Assembly: GCA_964619725.1 (NCBI GenBank)
Contig: CAZUFC010000002.1
Location: forward strand, 1-48,956
Origin: an uncultured bacterium
GTDB lineage: Bacteria > CSSED10-310 > CAZUFC01
DNA: 48,956 nt
Direction: 5' to 3'
The notes beneath the pieces were generated by a model. That model made no database searches and was not told the DNA's origin. It saw nothing but the letters and a program-made list of their open reading frames with translations. The translations under genes and the position numbers were made by a program. Positions 45,817 to 48,956 of this stretch are shown here, piece by piece (the stretch's first letter is position 1; every line of letters begins with the position of its first letter).

Positions 45817-47117
45817 AACGAAATACGCTTTTCAAAGCATTCATGCTGACGATAATACTACTGTCGGCAACTCTGATTTTTTTGACGAGTTGCCGCAAGC
45901 AAAATGACAAAATTACCTTTGCCGTCGGGGGAGCGCCGACTGAAGTGGATTACTGGGTCAAAATCATCGAAGATTTCAATCGCTCTACTGGATTCAACTT
46001 TGATCTATTGCGTCAACCGACCGATACGGACCAGAGACGCCAGAGTCTGGCCGCACCCCTGAAAGCCGGACAGTCCGACCCTGATATTTTCCTCATGGAC
46101 GTCGCCTGGGTCGCCCAATTCGCCGCTTCCGGCTGGCTTTTTCCCCTCGATTCCCTCATTGATCAGGACAAAAACTTCGACGAAAAAGTCCTGTTCAAAC
46201 CTGTGGTTGAACAAACCGATATCTTCAGCGGAAAAACCATAGCCCTGCCTGTCTACGTGGATTGCGGTTTGCTTTATTACCGGAAGGATTTGCTGAAAAA
46301 ACACGACTGTTCCGTTCCGAAAACCTGGTCGGAACTGGCGGAAACAGCTCAACAAATACAAAAACTGGAAAAAACTCAGAATCCCTCTTTCGCCGGATAC
46401 GTCTGGCAAGGCGCCCAATATGAAGGTTTAACCTGTAATTTCCTGGAATTCATCGCCTCCAATAACGGGGAAATATTGAATCAGAATAGCGAAATCGTGC
46501 TTGACCGACCTGAAAATATTGAAGCCCTGACGTTCATGAAGGACCTGATACATCGTTATGCCGTCTCTCCGCCCAATACATTTACGGAAATGAAAGAGGA
46601 AGAAGTAAGGACCTTCTTTCAAAGCGGCGATGCCCTTTTTGAAAGGAACTGGCCCTATGCCTGGAAGCTGCATCAGGCCCCTGATTCGCCTGTCCGGGGA
46701 AAAACAGGAGCAGCGGTTCTGCCCCGTTTCGAGGAAGGCAGGCACGCAGCGGTCCTGGGCGGATGGCATATCGGCATATCGAAATTTTCCGATCAACCCG
46801 AAAAAGCCTGGAAATTTTTAACTTATGTATTATCCTATGAAATACAGAAAAAAATTGCGCTGAATCTGGGCTGGAATCCGGGAAGAGAAGACGTTTACAG
46901 CGATCCGGACGTTTTAAAAGAATTACCCCATATGGACGTTATCAGAAAAGCGGCCGAAAATTCCGTTGCCAGACCCAACCTGCCGTATTACACTCAAATT
47001 TCTGAGGTAATCCAGAAATACGTCAATTCCGCAATTGCAGATCGCAAGGAGCCGAGTGAAGCCTTGAACCAGGCGCAGCAGGAAATCAAAGCCGTTATGG
47101 ATGCATACGATGAATAA
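45813..47117 (+). CDS. malE: ABC sugar-binding lipoprotein, trehalose/maltose-binding type
   Basis: Lipobox FLTSC. FAVGGAP, TDTDQRR, PDIFLMDVAW, VWQGAQYEGL, FERNWPYAW, LGGWHIGISK, NLGWNPGR, motifs I recognise from the Thermococcus litoralis trehalose/maltose-binding protein family. Confidence 0.85.
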   Translation: MKRNTLFKAFMLTIILLSATLIFLTSCRKQNDKITFAVGGAPTEVDYWVKIIEDFNRSTGFNFDLLRQPTDTDQRRQSLAAPLKAGQSDPDIFLMDVAWVAQFAASGWLFPLDSLIDQDKNFDEKVLFKPVVEQTDIFSGKTIALPVYVDCGLLYYRKDLLKKHDCSVPKTWSELAETAQQIQKLEKTQNPSFAGYVWQGAQYEGLTCNFLEFIASNNGEILNQNSEIVLDRPENIEALTFMKDLIHRYAVSPPNTFTEMKEEEVRTFFQSGDALFERNWPYAWKLHQAPDSPVRGKTGAAVLPRFEEGRHAAVLGGWHIGISKFSDQPEKAWKFLTYVLSYEIQKKIALNLGWNPGREDVYSDPDVLKELPHMDVIRKAAENSVARPNLPYYTQISEVIQKYVNSAIADRKEPSEALNQAQQEIKAVMDAYDE

Positions 47118-47973
47118 AGACGGCAGGCAGGCTCTCCTTTTCCTTCTGCCCCTGGCAGCTTTCATTATTATCTTTCTGGTAATTCCTGTTCTGGGCGCCT
47201 TCTGGATAAGTCTCCATCGCGACGTGGCGTTCCTGTCGAAAAAATTCATAGGACTGGAGAACTACATAAGGCTCATCAAGGACCCCGGATTTATCCAGGC
47301 GGCCGTTTTCACTTTGCTTTTCACAGTCGTATCGACGCTGCTGGAGATGGTTTTCGGCATCATTACGGCTTTGACGCTCAACAGCCGTATCCCCTTCCGC
47401 AACATGACGCGGGGAATAGCTTTGCTCCCGTGGGCGGTACCCGGAGTCATCGGCGCACGTATATGGCAGTTGATCTATCGTTATGATTACGGACCGGCGA
47501 ACTGGTTATTGGAAAAGACGTTCGGGTTCTCCGCAAACTGGCTGGGCACGCCCCTGAGCGCTTTTCTCTCCCTGGTTCTGGCTGATGTCTGGAGGACCGT
47601 GCCCTTCGTGGCCATTATAATACTGACCGGACTTCAAGCTGTGCCTGAAACGCTTTATAAACAGGCGGAAGTCGACGGGGCAGGCATTATGCAGAAATTC
47701 TTCAGGATCACCCTGCCCATGCTCAAGCCTATAATCATCGTGGCCCTGCTGTTCCGTACTATCGACGCCCTGAGGGTTTTCGACGTAATATACGTCATCA
47801 CGGGAGGCGGACCGGGCGGCGCCACCGCGTCCCTCTCGCTTTACGGGTATGAACACTTTCTGATCAGCGACTTCGGATACGGCTGCTCTATTTCATTCGT
47901 CCTTTTTCTTATCGCCTTCTTTTTAGCCCTAACCTACGTGCTTGTCGGACGATTCAGGGAATCGACGGTATGA
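47110..47973 (+). CDS. Carbohydrate ABC transporter permease (MalF/UgpA-like)
   Basis: FIGLENY, LLPWAVP, DVWRTVPF, EAA-loop LYKQAEVDGAG, ITLPMLKP, TGGGPGGAT. Alternative start at 47101. Confidence 0.93.
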   Translation: MNKDGRQALLFLLPLAAFIIIFLVIPVLGAFWISLHRDVAFLSKKFIGLENYIRLIKDPGFIQAAVFTLLFTVVSTLLEMVFGIITALTLNSRIPFRNMTRGIALLPWAVPGVIGARIWQLIYRYDYGPANWLLEKTFGFSANWLGTPLSAFLSLVLADVWRTVPFVAIIILTGLQAVPETLYKQAEVDGAGIMQKFFRITLPMLKPIIIVALLFRTIDALRVFDVIYVITGGGPGGATASLSLYGYEHFLISDFGYGCSISFVLFLIAFFLALTYVLVGRFRESTV

Positions 47974-48797
47974 GAGAACGAATGCTTAAATGCATTTTAT
48001 CCATGACGGGTTTCGCCTTCGTTCTGATCTTCTCGCTTTCACCGTTCGTCTGGATGGCCGCCGTCTCTTTCAGTAAATCTCCCGATTTTCTGATCAGGGA
48101 AAAATTCGAGTTCACGCTGAGCAACTACAAAGACATCCTGATGCTTGAAACCCTTCATTTTCCCGATTATCTCCTCAACAGCTTCATTATAACAAGTGCA
48201 ACGGCCGTATTAAGCGCGCTGATCGGGGGTTTAGCGGCCTACGCGGTTTCAAGATTATCCTTCAAGGGCAAAATGCTCATCATCATGTCCGTCTTGGCAT
48301 TCTCGATGTTTCCGCAAATCAGCATCGTAGGATATTTATACTCTCTCATGAGCCGACTGGGCTGGATAAATACTTACCGGGCGATCATTCTGCCCTATGT
48401 CGCCTGGACTTTACCCCTGGCGTTATGGATCATGCTCAGTTATTTTTCCCAAATTCCCAAAGAGATTGACGAAGCAGCCCTGGTTGACGGCGCCGGAAGA
48501 TTTAAAATACTCACCAAAATTATCCTCCCCCTGGGCATGCCGGGATTCCTGTCAACCCTCCTAGTGGTTTTTCTTTTCGCTTTTAATGAATTCCTCTTCG
48601 CCCTGATGCTGACGACAGACTACAGAGCGAGACCCATTACAGTAGGCATTGCCCTCTTCGAAGGACTGCACGGTCAAATACCCTGGGGATACATTATGGC
48701 CGCATCCATCATATCCTCCATCCCCGTGATAGTCATAGCCCTCTTCTTCCAGAAACGCCTGATTTACGGCCTGACAGGCGGAGCCGTCAAAGAATGA
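47970..48797 (+). CDS. Carbohydrate ABC transporter permease (MalG-like)
   Basis: AAYAVSR, SMFPQI, IPKEIDEAALVDGA, NEFLFAL, GLTGGAVKE. ATGA overlap. Confidence 0.95.
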   Translation: MRERMLKCILSMTGFAFVLIFSLSPFVWMAAVSFSKSPDFLIREKFEFTLSNYKDILMLETLHFPDYLLNSFIITSATAVLSALIGGLAAYAVSRLSFKGKMLIIMSVLAFSMFPQISIVGYLYSLMSRLGWINTYRAIILPYVAWTLPLALWIMLSYFSQIPKEIDEAALVDGAGRFKILTKIILPLGMPGFLSTLLVVFLFAFNEFLFALMLTTDYRARPITVGIALFEGLHGQIPWGYIMAASIISSIPVIVIALFFQKRLIYGLTGGAVKE

Positions 48798-48956
48798 AGT
48801 CTGATCAAATGACACTTAAGATTCGTCTTCACAAAAAATAATCAGCGTGATTCTCGGTTTCTCTAATAACCACAGTTTGAATGAAAATATCCCTCCCAAA
48901 GTTGATTATGGTCATTCAGACGACAGCGATTATTTTCAACCACGAATCGATCGAAT

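Overview
This is a bacterial chromosomal window dominated by cell-envelope functions. From left to right it holds a secreted FG-GAP-type beta-propeller, a collagen-containing fibre-like protein, a four-gene TatT-type TRAP (TPAT) transporter and a nucleotidyltransferase/small-protein pair. Next comes a three-gene operon of two giant paralogous beta-helix/Ig surface proteins plus a small two-cohesin anchoring protein, followed by four GT-C-fold membrane glycosyltransferases and a B12-binding radical SAM enzyme. The right half carries a second anchored surface protein, clpB, a Thr-type sulfatase-superfamily lipoprotein, a 1.5k-aa anchored surface protein with three lectin-like repeats, and a TrkA_C membrane protein coupled to a trehalose/maltose-type ABC importer. 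The most notable candidate system is at 8763-31612: a non-cellulosomal cohesin-dockerin surface display complex anchored by an IPTL-CTERM-like sorting signal (four copies in the window), lying beside a putative protein O-glycosylation cluster that could modify the Pro/Thr-rich linkers. Intergenic DNA carries at least two families of small non-autonomous inverted-repeat elements. No rRNA, tRNA, CRISPR array, transposase or integrase was seen. All family calls come from motif recognition by eye; no database search was run.
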